Source: an uncultured Chloroflexia bacterium
Lineage (GTDB): Bacteria; Chloroflexota; UBA6077; JACCZL01
Direction of reading: 5' to 3'
Assembly: GCA_963765765.1 (NCBI GenBank)
Contig: CAVXYC010000020.1
Coordinates: 736,001 to 800,000, forward strand
Length of the DNA stretch: 64,000 bases
The stretch's first letter is position 1, and every line of letters starts with the position of its first letter. This document shows positions 1 to 10,440 of the stretch, in pieces. Made by a program: the position numbers and the translations under genes. The notes beneath the pieces were generated by a model, which did no database searches, was not told the origin of the DNA, and saw nothing but the letters and a program-made list of their open reading frames with translations.

Positions 1-575
1 ACTTCCTACCGGCTACAGTAGCGGCCTTTCACCGGACGCACCCCGGGATCACGTTCGTACTTCGCGAGGCCGGCTCTCGAATTCTGTCCTCGGCCCTGGA
101 AGCGGGCGAGCTTGACCTGGCCCTCTTGATCTTACCGGTCGCTCAATCGGCCATTGAGACAGAGATACTCATCGAGGAGCCAATTCTGGTCGCCGTGCCG
201 CCGGACCACCCCTTATCCGGACGCACATCGGTACGAATTTCGGACCTGCGAGCCGAGCCTTTTGTCCTTTATCGGGACGGATACGACCTCCGCGAGGTCA
301 CACTCTCAGCGTGTCACCAGGCCGGGTTCCAGCCGCATGTGTCCCTGGATGGCGGCGAGATGGATAGCGTGGCGCGTTTCGTGAACGCTGGTATGGGTGT
401 CGCGCTAGTTCCGGCGATGGCATTCGGATCGGATGAGCGCACCGGCATTCCAATTCGCGAGCCAGGACTCACCCGCTCGATTGGTGTCGCCTATCGGCGA
501 GAGCGAAAACTCTCCGCTGGCACACGTGCGTTCATCGAGCTACTGAGGGAGCGCGTGACAGGCTGCGGCGAGTAG
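1..575 (+). CDS. LysR-family transcriptional regulator, C-terminal substrate-binding domain (5' end outside window)
   Basis: Frame is open from base 3: FLPATVAAFHRTHPGITFVLREAGSR..LEAGELDLAL..EEPILVAVPPDHPL..V.AGMGVALVP, typical of the LysR substrate domain. Confidence 0.9.
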   Translation, partial: FLPATVAAFHRTHPGITFVLREAGSRILSSALEAGELDLALLILPVAQSAIETEILIEEPILVAVPPDHPLSGRTSVRISDLRAEPFVLYRDGYDLREVTLSACHQAGFQPHVSLDGGEMDSVARFVNAGMGVALVPAMAFGSDERTGIPIREPGLTRSIGVAYRRERKLSAGTRAFIELLRERVTGCGE

Positions 576-674
576 CGGGCCTCCGAATGTCAGCAAAGCG
601 GGCCTCTGGACCCGCGCGTCAAGGCCAGGGCTGATTCACCTACCAAGACTCGCCGGCCCGGAGGCCCGCCCTAG
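572..674. repeat. Degenerate GTAG-type inverted repeat between convergent genes
   Basis: GTAGCGGGCCTCCG (572-585) ... CGGAGGCCCGC (659-669), 11-bp arms. Confidence 0.4.
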
Positions 675-697
675 TGACGTTTACTCACGGGCGCCGA

Positions 698-1507
698 TTA
701 ATCCACCGAATCGCTCTGCCCGTTTCCCTTGCCAGTAATCTTGCGCCAGGCCCACACCACCGGATCGTGAAACTCCGTCACGACTCGCTCCTTGAGCGGA
801 ATGATGGCGTTGTCGGTGATGTGGATATGCTCCGGGCACACCTCAGTACAACACTTGGTGATGTTGCACAGGCCCAGTCCCGCCTGTTCCTTCAAAAGCG
901 TGCGACGATCGTTTGTATCCAGCGGATGCATCTCCAGGGCGGCTAACCGCACAAAAAGTCGTGGCCCGGCGAATGCAGGCTTATTCTCATCGTGATCGCG
1001 AATGACGTGGCAGACGTTCTGGCACAGAAAGCACTCGATGCATTTGTGAAACTCCTGCCCTCGATCCACCTCCTCCTGATACATTCGTCGGGTCCCATCA
1101 GACTCCTTGGGCTTTGGCCGAAAGGCCGGAACCGACTTTGCCTTCTCAAAGTTAAAGGACACGTCCGTGACGAGGTCCTTGATGCGTGGAAAGGTTTTCA
1201 ATGGCGCAACGGTGATCGTTTCACCCGGCTCAAAGATGTCCATGCGCGTCATACACATGAGTCGTGGCCGGCCATTGACCTCAGCGCTACAGGACCCACA
1301 CCGCCCCGCCTTGCAATTCCAACGCACCGCCAGATCGGGGACCTGCGTTGCCTGGAGCCGATGAATGACGTCAAGAACCACCATCCCTTCACCGGACTCG
1401 ACGTCGTATTCCTCTAATTTTCCGCCCTGGCTATCTCCTCGCCAGACCTGCAAGTGAAAGGTCGTCCCCGTGGATTGCGCAGTGCTGGACTCGACGCTGG
1501 TGGCCAT
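698..1507 (-). CDS. sdhB: Succinate dehydrogenase/fumarate reductase iron-sulfur subunit
   Basis: WNCKAGRCGSC, CIECFLCQNVC and CNITKCCTEVCP Fe-S motifs. Confidence 0.95.
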   Translation of the reverse strand: MATSVESSTAQSTGTTFHLQVWRGDSQGGKLEEYDVESGEGMVVLDVIHRLQATQVPDLAVRWNCKAGRCGSCSAEVNGRPRLMCMTRMDIFEPGETITVAPLKTFPRIKDLVTDVSFNFEKAKSVPAFRPKPKESDGTRRMYQEEVDRGQEFHKCIECFLCQNVCHVIRDHDENKPAFAGPRLFVRLAALEMHPLDTNDRRTLLKEQAGLGLCNITKCCTEVCPEHIHITDNAIIPLKERVVTEFHDPVVWAWRKITGKGNGQSDSVD

Positions 1508-3310
1508 CAGATGCTCTCCTCACAAATCTTGCGTAGCTCGTCGGGCATCTCCGGAAGAGGCTCCGGCGCCACGGTCATATCCCCGTGCAATCGTCGAGTT
1601 ACAAGATTGATCGAACCGAAGCGAGGATCGGTGCTCGGGTAATCATCTCGCGTGTGCCCGCCTCGGCTCTCTTTGCGCTCGATAGCCGAGCGCGTCACCG
1701 CTTCCGCGGCCGTCAACATGCAATCCAGGTCCATAGCCATATGCCAGCCGGGGTTGTACTGACGGTTCCCCGTCACGCTCACTTCTTCCAGCCGCAAACG
1801 CAGACGATCGATAACGTCCATTGCCTGATCGAGCTCCGAGGCGGTTCGAATGATGCCGACCAGGTTGTGCATGCAGTTCTCGAGATCGGCATGAATCGAG
1901 TATGGGTTCTCGCCGCCCGATTTCCCGAAGGGTGCCTCCATACGATGCGCCATGGATTCCAGCTCCTCCGGATTCACTGATGGAGATCCAGTCGCGGATC
2001 GTGCGTATTCCGCGGCGCCGATTCCCGCGCGGCGACCAAAGACCAGCAAGTCCGATAGCGAGTTCCCACCCAGTCTATTGGCACCGTGAAGCCCGGCCGC
2101 TGACTCGCCTGCTGCGAAGAGTCCGGGTACGGTGGTGGCAGCAGTTTCCGCGTCCACTCTCAAGCCGCCCATGTGGTAATGGCACGTCGGCCCCACCTCC
2201 ATGGATTCTTTGGTGATGTCAACGCCAGCGAGCTCCATGAACTGGTGGTACATGGACGGCAGTCGGCGGCGAATGTCATCGGCTGGCAGACGAGTAGCGA
2301 TGTCCAGAAAGACACCCCCATGCGGCGAGCCTCGGCCCGCCTTGACCTCGGCGTTGATGGCCCGTGCAACCTCGTCTCGCGGGAGCAGATCGGGCGTTCG
2401 GCGCCTCGTCTTGTCCTTGTACCAGGCATCTGCTTCTTCTTCCGTATCAGCCGTCTCCGCTCGGAAGAACTCGGGAATGTAGTCAAACATGAAACGGCGG
2501 CCGCTCGTGTTACGCAGCGTCCCGCCATCGCCGCGCACACCCTCCGTGACCAGAATTCCGCGCACGCTCGGCGGCCAGACCATCCCTGTGGGGTGAAACT
2601 GAACCATCTCCATGTCAATGAGGTCCGCACCCGCGTCCAGGGCCATGCTCAGACCGTCACCTGTGTATTCCCATGAGTTGGAAGTGACCTGGTAGATCTT
2701 GCCAAGCCCTCCAGTGGCGAGCACCGCCGCTTTAGTTTTGAAGAGGACGAACTTACCGCTTTCGCGCCAGTAGCCGAATGCACCGGAGATACGGTCGCCG
2801 TCCTTGAGGAGACGGTGAATCGTGCACTCCATAAAGACATCGATGCCCTTGTGCACCGCATGCTGCTGGAGCGTGCGAATCATCTCAAGGCCAGTGCGGT
2901 CACCCACGTGCGCTAGGCGCGCGTACCTGTGTCCGCCGAAATCACGCTGCAAGATGAGTCCGTCATGCGTACGGTCAAAAAGAGCGCCCCACTCCTCGAG
3001 CTCCAGGACACGATCCGGCGATTCCTGGGCATGAATCTGAGCCATTCGCCAGTTGTTCAGGAACTTGCCGCCACGCATCGTGTCGCGGAAGTGAACCTTC
3101 CAGTTGTCCTCCGGCCAAACATTTCCGAGAGCTGCCGCTATCCCACCCTCGGCCATGACCGTATGAGCTTTGCCGAGCAGTGATTTGCACACCAGTGCAG
3201 TCTTCGCGCCCTGAGCCGAGGCTTCGATCGCGGCAGCGCAGCCCGGCGCCTCCAGCACCAATGATCACGACGTCGTATTCGTGCGTCTCGTAGCGGTCTT
3301 CGATTGCCAT
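1507..3310 (-). CDS. sdhA: Succinate dehydrogenase/fumarate reductase flavoprotein subunit (one frameshift near 3240)
   Basis: MAIEDRYETHEYDVVIIGAGGAG (ATG 3310) joins the other frame at AAIEA..KAHTVMAEGG..QFHPTG..HGANRLGGNSL..ESRGGH. Confidence 0.93.
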
Positions 3311-4098
3311 CAGAACACCAGCCTCGGGTCCTGGATGACCCCCATCGCTAGGAGGCGAACGTAGACATCGGTTAGCGCGACACCAAATAAGCTGATCCAC
3401 GCAAAAAGCGGATGGCGCTCATTGAGTCGGCTCAGCGTGTGCCAGAGTCGGAACCGCTTGGGCGCCTGGCGAAATGTGTCGAGATAACCCCCGCAGAAAT
3501 GACGACAGGAGTGACAGGAGAGCGTGTACAGCGACAGCAGCGTGGCGTTGGCAATAAGGATAATCGTGCCTAGTCCAATGCCGAATCCCGTAGGGAATCT
3601 GAAGGCCATGAGGGCATCCCACCAGAGAAACAGCACGACCACAGCAGACAGGTAGAAGAAGTAGCGGTGCAAGTTCTGGAGGAGAAACGGGAAGCGGGTT
3701 TCGCCCGAGTAATGACGACTCGCGTCCGGGATGCCGCAGGCGGGCGGCGACCAAAAAAACGAGCGATAGTAGGCCTTGCGATAGTAATAGCAGGTGGCCC
3801 GAAATCCGAGCGGAATACCGAGAATGAGGAATGCTGGCGACAGGTTCCACCAACTGCCCACGAGTGGCAGTGTTACGTGAGTACAGTTCGCCGCCAGGCA
3901 GGGCGAATAGAACGGTGAAAGATAGGGAGCAAAATAGTAATTAGCATTCTGGAGCGCCGCCCACAGGGAGTAGACTCCAAAACTTCCAAGGACTATCACC
4001 ACGATGAGCGGTTCAACCCACCAGGCGTCTCGCCGACGCCACTGCGCTTGAGCGGTAGGTGGCTGATCAGGATGGACAGCGTCCGGGACAGCGATCAT
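3310..4098 (-). CDS. Non-classical succinate dehydrogenase membrane anchor (mycobacterial Sdh1/Rv0249c-like)
   Basis: Multi-TM protein with YLSPFYSPC, FRATCYYYRKAYYRSF, QNLHRYF and SCHSCRH motifs; its stop overlaps the sdhA start. Confidence 0.85.
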   Translation of the reverse strand: MIAVPDAVHPDQPPTAQAQWRRRDAWWVEPLIVVIVLGSFGVYSLWAALQNANYYFAPYLSPFYSPCLAANCTHVTLPLVGSWWNLSPAFLILGIPLGFRATCYYYRKAYYRSFFWSPPACGIPDASRHYSGETRFPFLLQNLHRYFFYLSAVVVLFLWWDALMAFRFPTGFGIGLGTIILIANATLLSLYTLSCHSCRHFCGGYLDTFRQAPKRFRLWHTLSRLNERHPLFAWISLFGVALTDVYVRLLAMGVIQDPRLVF

Positions 4099-4225
4099 TG
4101 GTCTCCCTTTACCTTGAGAGCGACCGAGCATCCGCTCGATCTCGACTAGCTCATACCATTCCCTGTGTACTCGGGTATCTCCGGATTTCTCCTTTCATGG
4201 AGTGCCGCGAGGGGCGTCGAAGCGT

Positions 4226-4729
4226 TCAGGCATCGCCGTATGGCTCAATGCGGTCATTAGAGGCAGGAACAACTTGGCGATGGCGCTGGGTCAGTCTGAC
4301 GCACGCGTTCCAGCGAAGGAGGGTGTCGTCGTTGCCTTCTGGGCGAATGCGCTCCGCCTGGTCGTAAAGATTGAGGGCTTCTTCGATGAGCGTATGGGCT
4401 GCGACGCCGGCATTTGCGCGCCCGGCCCCCAGGACCGCTTTTGCGCGCCGCTCACAGATTAGCGCCGCGTAGTACGTCCGCTCATACTCATCGCGGATTC
4501 GCGATAAGAGCTCGCGTGCGCGCGCCACGCTACCGCTCAGATCACCATCGAACTGGTCGGTGATAGAGAGCAGTCCACCTACAAGAGCGTCCTGATTGTC
4601 CGGGTCAACCTGCAGGACGTCTAGATAGATACTCTCGGCTTCCCATGGCTGGTTGAGAAGCCGGTAGCGTTCAGCCTTACCGAGTGCTCCCGGAATCGCC
4701 TCGCGGGTCAGCAACTTGAGATCGAACAT
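4226..4729 (-). CDS. Helical (TPR-like) hypothetical protein upstream of the sdh operon
   Basis: 167 aa, AAGGAGG SD; KAERYRLLNQPWEAESIYLDVLQVDPDNQDA resembles a TPR helix pair. Confidence 0.75.
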   Translation of the reverse strand: MFDLKLLTREAIPGALGKAERYRLLNQPWEAESIYLDVLQVDPDNQDALVGGLLSITDQFDGDLSGSVARARELLSRIRDEYERTYYAALICERRAKAVLGAGRANAGVAAHTLIEEALNLYDQAERIRPEGNDDTLLRWNACVRLTQRHRQVVPASNDRIEPYGDA

Positions 4730-4962
4730 GATGCTGCCTCCTTGCCGTCAAGCCCAAGCTCTTAGAGGTAGGACACGCATTGTGATCGCGACGCTCGAAT
4801 TCCCGATCGAGCTGGCTAGCCCTTGCCCACAACGTCATCCCTCGAATAGAGAAATTTTCGATGGATGACCTGGGTAGGATTGAGGCGTAGCGTACCACGA
4901 TATCGGCCATAGGCGGAGTTCAGTCCACGCAGACCATATTTGATGGTCGCTACAATTCATTC

Positions 4963-5394
4963 ATGATCCATGAGACGCGTCTCGTCTGCGGTGCCTGCGG
5001 TAATCGAGAGCTCGTCGTCGCGGGCGAGAAAGCAGCCTGCAGCCAATGCGGCGGCACTTTGCGCAAGCCGGGCCCGCTGGAACGCATCGTGGATGGACTC
5101 TTGGCGCCTACCGGACACGTCGCGCCGGCCTATCACCGACACCTGCAGCTTGTTCAAGAATTGTGGACAGTCGATGGTCGTGACCAGGAGCTCTACGCCA
5201 CGCTACGACCCAAAATGTCCCTCGGCAAATTCAGTAGTCTGGTGACCGAGCTTGTCGTTCGGGGCATCGAAGAAGGCTGGATCGAGCTCCACCTACCGGT
5301 GGCGCCAGTGAACGATGAGACGGCGTACTGGATTGAGTTCCGTGACCCCGATCGATTCGCTGATGAGATCGCGCTCATGTTTCCTGCCCGCTGA
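4963..5394 (+). CDS. Hypothetical protein with N-terminal zinc ribbon
   Basis: CGACG...CSQCG; TACAAT 6 nt before the ATG. Confidence 0.7.
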   Translation: MIHETRLVCGACGNRELVVAGEKAACSQCGGTLRKPGPLERIVDGLLAPTGHVAPAYHRHLQLVQELWTVDGRDQELYATLRPKMSLGKFSSLVTELVVRGIEEGWIELHLPVAPVNDETAYWIEFRDPDRFADEIALMFPAR

Positions 5395-5937
5395 TTCCCC
5401 CGACTGTCCGACTCACATCCGCTCAACCGCTACGGCCCGACACCTAAACCGCGCCGCAACGTTGCGCTCACGCTGCTGGGCATGTCCGGTCATCGAGCAG
5501 ACCGGCGCGACGACCATGAGCAGCTTGATACTTATCTTGGGATAGCCCTTCTCGAGCTGAAGTACTACGCGGAATCGCCAGACTCACGATCGCGGATCTG
5601 GAGCGAGCCTTGAGTGCGCTGCGTTAAGCGCTGGTGTACGCCGCTCGCATCGCCCATCACCTATCGGACTCTCGCAACGACGCTGGGAATGAAGCTTTGG
5701 TGCAATGAGCCCACGCTCGCGTCGCGGATCAGAATCGACAATCCGCGGTGCACGGATCACTGAACGAGCTCATTAGACTGGCGCCGCTCAGGTCGGCCAA
5801 TACGGACGCCAGAAATAACTGAGCGCTGGCAACACGCGATCAGGAATTCATTGGTGTGGTCTGGCGTTATGGCTCCTGACGGATCAACGAGCCGGTTGGT
5901 TGGCACACGCTGACTGGCGTATCATTACCGAACGTTC

Positions 5938-6011
5938 GGGCAGATAGCTCAGTTGGTTAGAGCGCCACGTTGACATCGTGGAGGTCGGAGGTTCGAGTCC
6001 TCTTCTGCCCA
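5938..6011 (+). tRNA. tRNA-Val(GAC)
   Basis: Acceptor stem GGGCAGA/TCTGCCC, D-arm GCTCAGTTGGTTAGAGC, anticodon arm CCACG-TTGACAT-CGTGG, T-loop GTTCGAGTC. Confidence 0.97.
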
Positions 6012-6040
6012 CCCAACATGGTTCTTAGTTGAGCAGAGCG

Positions 6041-6075
6041 AGCCCTTCGCCTTGATGCGAGGGGCTTTGTGTTTG
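6041..6075 (+). terminator. Intrinsic terminator after tRNA-Val
   Basis: AGCCCTTCGC-loop-GCGAGGGGCT followed by TTGTGTTT. Confidence 0.7.
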
Positions 6076-6222
6076 AGCGTTAGAGCCAGCTACGGCATCG
6101 AATCTGCGGAGTTTATTCTGAACTCGAATATGGCTCACCAAGTGACGCGTGTCGCTGAAGGGACTGAAGCCCAGACGCGTCGCGACCGATTATTCTGTAT
6201 CAGTGCGTCAGACGGCCTAGTC

Positions 6223-6251
6223 TTGACACTGGCCGGGGGCGTTCCTATACT
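6223..6251 (+). promoter_or_regulatory. Sigma-70 promoter of infC
   Basis: TTGACA (6223-6228), 17-bp spacer, TATACT (6246-6251). Confidence 0.85.
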
Positions 6252-6282
6252 GCCAACAAGGCATCGTCAAAGGAGCTCGTAG

Positions 6283-6846
6283 ATTAGCAAAGATTTCCGC
6301 GTGAATGACCGAATCCGTGTGCGCGAGGTTCGAGTCATCGATGAGAACGGCGAGCAACTCGGCGTTCTTCAAACCCCGCAAGCCCTCCAGATCGCGCGCG
6401 AACGAAACGTTGACCTCGTTGAGGTCGCCCCGAATAGCGTCCCGCCTGTGTGTCGCCTGCTTGATTACGGAAAGTTCAAGTACGAGCAGACCAAAAAGGA
6501 CCGGGAAGCCAAGAAGCATCAGCACCTAACTGAGCTCAAAGAAGTGCGTCTTCGCCCCAAAATTGACGACCACGACTTTGACACCAAGCTCAAACGCGCT
6601 CAGCGCTTCCTCGATGAAGGCGACAAGGTCAAAGTCACAGTTCAATTCCGTGGTCGTGAGATGGCTCACCCGAAAATCGGCCACGATCTCCTGGTCAAAT
6701 TCGCTGATCTACTCAAGGACTACGCGAAGGTCGAACGCGCGCCCATGTCAGAAGGTCGCACAATGCACCTCATTCTTACACGCGGACGCGAAGGACGCGC
6801 TGAGCGTCCCGACGAAGCAGAAGTGCCCGTCTCAGTAAGCAGTTAA
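6283..6846 (+). CDS. infC: Translation initiation factor IF-3, ATT start codon
   Basis: NDRIRVREVRVIDENGEQLG..DLVEVAP..PPVCRLLDYGKFKYE..GDKVKV..FRGRE; AAGGAG SD followed by in-frame ATT at 6283. Confidence 0.96.
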   Translation: MSKDFRVNDRIRVREVRVIDENGEQLGVLQTPQALQIARERNVDLVEVAPNSVPPVCRLLDYGKFKYEQTKKDREAKKHQHLTELKEVRLRPKIDDHDFDTKLKRAQRFLDEGDKVKVTVQFRGREMAHPKIGHDLLVKFADLLKDYAKVERAPMSEGRTMHLILTRGREGRAERPDEAEVPVSVSS

Positions 6847-6996
6847 TCTCACTCCTCACTGCTACGCTTCCCAATCTGAGCTTTCGTTAAGGACTCAGAC
6901 AGCTTTAGGCGCGCCTCTTGCAGGGCACACCTGCGCCGTTTTTATACGAGGTTGGCGCGTATTCCGCGTGCTAGAATCGCCGGCTGGTACCGAGTC

Positions 6997-8379
6997 ATGG
7001 TTCACGCATTTCCTGAGCTGCTCCGCGCAGCGCCCATCACCGCTCTGCGCGACTGCTTCGCGGCAGAAGGACGTGCCCTCTACCTGGTTGGTGGGCCGGT
7101 GCGCGACGCGCTCCTTGGGCGCAAGGTCGCGGACCTTGACTTCGCCACCGACGCAACGCCGCCAACCATAAAGTCGCTGCTCCGTAAGGCTGGCGCTCAG
7201 AGCATCTACGCCGTCGGGGAGAAGTTCGGCACGATCGGTGGCATCTTCGAGACGAGCACGGTGGAGATTACAACCTACCGGTCTGAAGCTTATTCAGAAG
7301 GATCTCGCAAACCCTCCGTCGAGTTCGGCACATCTTTGCAAGGTGATCTTGCTCGGCGGGACCTCACGATTAACGCTATGGCGCTAGACCTTCATACTGG
7401 CGAGGTCATCGACCCATATCGCGGTCAAGCGGACCTTGCGGAACGCATCGTTCGGGCCGTGGGGACCGCGGCTGAGCGGTTTCTCGAAGACCCTTTGCGC
7501 CTCATGCGCGCGGTGCGGTTCAGCGCGCAACTCGCATTCGAGATAGCCCCGGACACAGCGAGGGCAATCCGCGATGTATCGCCGTCTCTTGCGACCATTA
7601 GCCGTGAGCGGGTCGCTCAGGAGATGAATCGGATCCTGACTAGCGACCAGCCCGCTTACGGTATTCGCCTGCTTTGCGATCTGGGCTTGATGGAATACGC
7701 GGTCCCCGAGATTCTGGTAATGCGGGGCACGAAGAATGACAGTCTCCAGCACAAAGACGTCTTTGAGCACACGTTGGTGGTGACGTCGCGCGTGCCGACC
7801 GACCTTCACCTTCGCTGGGCAGCGCTTCTGCACGACATTGCAAAGCCTCGGACCCTCACGGTGGATCGTGGCCAAGTGCACTTCTACGGCCACGATCGCG
7901 TGGGCGAGAAGATGACGCGACGCATCCTAGGTCCATCCGGACTGAAGTACGACCGTGAGACGGTGGATAAGGTGGGTCGACTCGTGGGCTTGCACCTTCG
8001 TCCAAACGGTTACGAGAGCGATTGGACGGACGGCGCAGTGCGCCGATTCATGCGCGAGGCCGGTCCGCTCCTGCCAGATTTGCTGACACTTTCACGGGCC
8101 GACGTGACCAGCCGCAAGAAAGAGCGCTTCGAAGCGGCTCAGCGTCGTGTGGCGGAGCTCGAAAGGCGCTGCGCGGATCTCGCGGCCGAAGCCGAGGTGG
8201 CCAAGCTAAGCAGTCCGCTGGATGGGCTCGAGCTGATGTCCATGTTTGATCGGCCGCCGGGGAAGTGGATCGGCGAGATCAAGGACCATCTGCTCGAGCT
8301 CGTCCTGGATGGCGACTTAGGCATGGACGACAAAGATCGAGCCGCCGAGATAGCACGCGAGCTCGTCGCCAAACTTTAG
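6997..8379 (+). CDS. cca: CCA-adding tRNA nucleotidyltransferase with HD domain
   Basis: YLVGGPVRD..DLDFATD, DLARRDLTINAMA, EDPLRLMRAVRF, AALLHDIAKP. Confidence 0.88.
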   Translation: MVHAFPELLRAAPITALRDCFAAEGRALYLVGGPVRDALLGRKVADLDFATDATPPTIKSLLRKAGAQSIYAVGEKFGTIGGIFETSTVEITTYRSEAYSEGSRKPSVEFGTSLQGDLARRDLTINAMALDLHTGEVIDPYRGQADLAERIVRAVGTAAERFLEDPLRLMRAVRFSAQLAFEIAPDTARAIRDVSPSLATISRERVAQEMNRILTSDQPAYGIRLLCDLGLMEYAVPEILVMRGTKNDSLQHKDVFEHTLVVTSRVPTDLHLRWAALLHDIAKPRTLTVDRGQVHFYGHDRVGEKMTRRILGPSGLKYDRETVDKVGRLVGLHLRPNGYESDWTDGAVRRFMREAGPLLPDLLTLSRADVTSRKKERFEAAQRRVAELERRCADLAAEAEVAKLSSPLDGLELMSMFDRPPGKWIGEIKDHLLELVLDGDLGMDDKDRAAEIARELVAKL

Positions 8380-8394
8380 AGCGCCACTAAGCTA

Positions 8395-8491
8395 ACTTTG
8401 ATCGCGGCGGTCGTCGCCGCTTACTCGCGCTACTGGAAACGGATGGCGGGCGCTCCGCGCTGGTAGAGGCGAGCGCCCGCCGCGGTCCAAA
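8395..8491. repeat. Palindromic repeat family A (TTTGGA..TCCAAA ends), degenerate copy
   Basis: ACTTTGATCGCGGCGGTCGTCGCCGC...CCGCGGTCCAAA; spacer matches the reverse complement of the 10441 copy. Confidence 0.7.
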
Positions 8492-8506
8492 TCTTTTCTG
8501 ACCGCG

Positions 8507-9580
8507 CTAGACCTTTAACCTCGGCAGAACATCCTTCGCCAGCAGCTCCATAGAGCGACTGCCAACTTCCGACGGTTCCCAGTCGTACCCCAGCATGATC
8601 AGCGTGCCGAATCCGCCGATATCGTCGTACAAGCGCTGAAGCCGAGCAGCGACTGTCGGTGGATCGCCGACGATCCAGACATTCTCAATGAGGTAGTCCA
8701 CATCGACCTCCTCATCGGACATCTCCGGATCCACTTTGAACACGCTGATACGCCCCGTGCTCCTGACCAGCGGCAGGACGTACTCTCGGAATGCTCGTCC
8801 CAGGGCACCGTCGCGCGCTTCCGCCTCGGCTTGCTCATTGGTCGGAGCAACGTGAATGTCCCGACACACGCGCCAGACCGAGCGGTCCAGCTCTCGGCCC
8901 GCTCGTTTCGCTCCGGCATCGATCACCTGGCCATGATCCACGAGCGCCTTTGAAGTCAGAAAATTGAGGCTCAGAGGGATCCACCCGCGCTCCGAAGCTA
9001 GTCCGAGCGATTCCGATCCTGGAGACACTCCCGCGACGCCGATAGGCGGATGTGGCTGTTGAAATGGTTGAAGATGCAGCCCGAGACCAAAAGGTGTTGT
9101 GCCCGGTACTTTGAAGTGCCAGCGATCCGTCTTCCACTCTCCCGAGGTCGGCCCTGACCAGAGCTCGATCATGGTGTCGATCGCCGCCTCGGTAAGCTGG
9201 CGATGCTCGTCGTTCTCGATATCAATACAAAACAGCTCATGATCGACTTTGAGCCCACCCGGACCGATGCCGAACAGCAGTCGTCCCTCAGCCAGGTGAT
9301 CGAGGTATGCGATGCGATGCGCGAGCTCCAGGGGGTTATGGTGCGGGAGGCACGCCACCCCTGTGCCGAACTTGATCTGAGATGTCTCCCCAAGCGCCCG
9401 CGCGATGAGCAGATCTGGCGCGGGAACACTCTCCCAGACACTGGCATAGTGCTCGCCGATCCAGGCCTCGCTCAGTCCCAGCCGGTCCGCCCGCACAAGC
9501 AGGTCGATGTCGCGCTGAAACGCCTCACGCTTTGGAACCTCTGGCGGGTGCAGCGGCATCGTAAAGAGACCTAGTTTCAT
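8507..9580 (-). CDS. LLM-class (luciferase-like) flavin-dependent monooxygenase
   Basis: MKLGLFTMPLHPP, EAWIGEH, IKFGTGV, AYLDHLAEGR, PFQQPHPPI. Confidence 0.92.
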   Translation of the reverse strand: MKLGLFTMPLHPPEVPKREAFQRDIDLLVRADRLGLSEAWIGEHYASVWESVPAPDLLIARALGETSQIKFGTGVACLPHHNPLELAHRIAYLDHLAEGRLLFGIGPGGLKVDHELFCIDIENDEHRQLTEAAIDTMIELWSGPTSGEWKTDRWHFKVPGTTPFGLGLHLQPFQQPHPPIGVAGVSPGSESLGLASERGWIPLSLNFLTSKALVDHGQVIDAGAKRAGRELDRSVWRVCRDIHVAPTNEQAEAEARDGALGRAFREYVLPLVRSTGRISVFKVDPEMSDEEVDVDYLIENVWIVGDPPTVAARLQRLYDDIGGFGTLIMLGYDWEPSEVGSRSMELLAKDVLPRLKV

Positions 9581-10401
9581 ACGGAATCCTTTGGAAGCGA
9601 CTGGACGAGCTCCGTCGTGGCCCGCAACGCCCGACGAGCGCGCTCCACGGCGCTGAGGTGATCGAGATTGCGGTCAGGGGCTTCGACACTGAGCGGTGTG
9701 TCATCGGGCAATGCCTGCAGAAGCGGTGCAAGTGGCAGATCACCGGTTCCCGGGTCTAGCCGCCAGTTTAGTGCCTCGTCGCGATACATTGAGACGTCAG
9801 CCGGCGGATCCCCGCGCGCATCGGCGATCTGTATGTATGGAGCAAGTCGAGCTCGATATCGTCGAGCATCGGACGCCGTTCCCCCGGCTCGGGCGAAGTG
9901 CAGTGTATCGATCAGCACGGCGGCGTTCCGTGCACCACATGACTCCACCACACGAGCAGCCTGATCGATCGATTTGACCGCGCTATATCGCGCGAGCTCG
10001 AGGTTCACGGTCACGCCATATGGCGCGGCAAGCTCGCACAGCGCGGCGTACGATGCAGTGCCTCGCGCATCGTTCGGGTCATGGATCATGGCCACCGCGT
10101 GATGTGCGCCGAGTGTGGCCGCGATTTCGAACATCCGCTCGTAGTCAGCGACGATCACTGAAGCGTCCACCCAGATCGCCTCGACATCCAGGACCTGCAA
10201 GCCACTATCGTCCAGGCGCCTGCGCGTCTCCGCAATGAGCGCTGAATCATCCAGCGCATGCTCGGCCAGAGCCCCTGGCGTAGGCGGTGCCATGAGCCGG
10301 AGTCCCACACCCTGAAACCCCGCCTCCGCGGCCGCGGCTACGAGCTCAGCGGTAGAGAGCCGCAGTAGCGTGAGATGAGCGAGCGAGACGATGCGATCCA
10401 C
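9577..10401 (-). CDS. Sugar phosphate isomerase/epimerase (xylose isomerase-like TIM barrel)
   Basis: SLAHLT, VNLE, LIDTLHF.R, YIQIADA, RLDPGTGDLPL, SVEAP; start uncertain (10401-10422). Confidence 0.85.
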   Translation of the reverse strand: MDRIVSLAHLTLLRLSTAELVAAAAEAGFQGVGLRLMAPPTPGALAEHALDDSALIAETRRRLDDSGLQVLDVEAIWVDASVIVADYERMFEIAATLGAHHAVAMIHDPNDARGTASYAALCELAAPYGVTVNLELARYSAVKSIDQAARVVESCGARNAAVLIDTLHFARAGGTASDARRYRARLAPYIQIADARGDPPADVSMYRDEALNWRLDPGTGDLPLAPLLQALPDDTPLSVEAPDRNLDHLSAVERARRALRATTELVQSLPKDSV

Positions 10402-10440
10402 GAGCAGCAGTGTACATCCCACCGTCCCACGAAGTGGGCT

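Noticed and set aside
5400-5900. Possible gene remnant or ncRNA before the tRNA
   Set aside because: Only a short open frame with no start or recognisable motif; no convincing structure
6008-6015. Non-standard tRNA 3' end (ACCCA rather than ACCA)
   Set aside because: Explained by a homopolymer error or post-transcriptional CCA addition
5938-6300. tRNA-Val as an integration site
   Set aside because: No integrase, and I saw no duplicated tRNA 3' end elsewhere in the window
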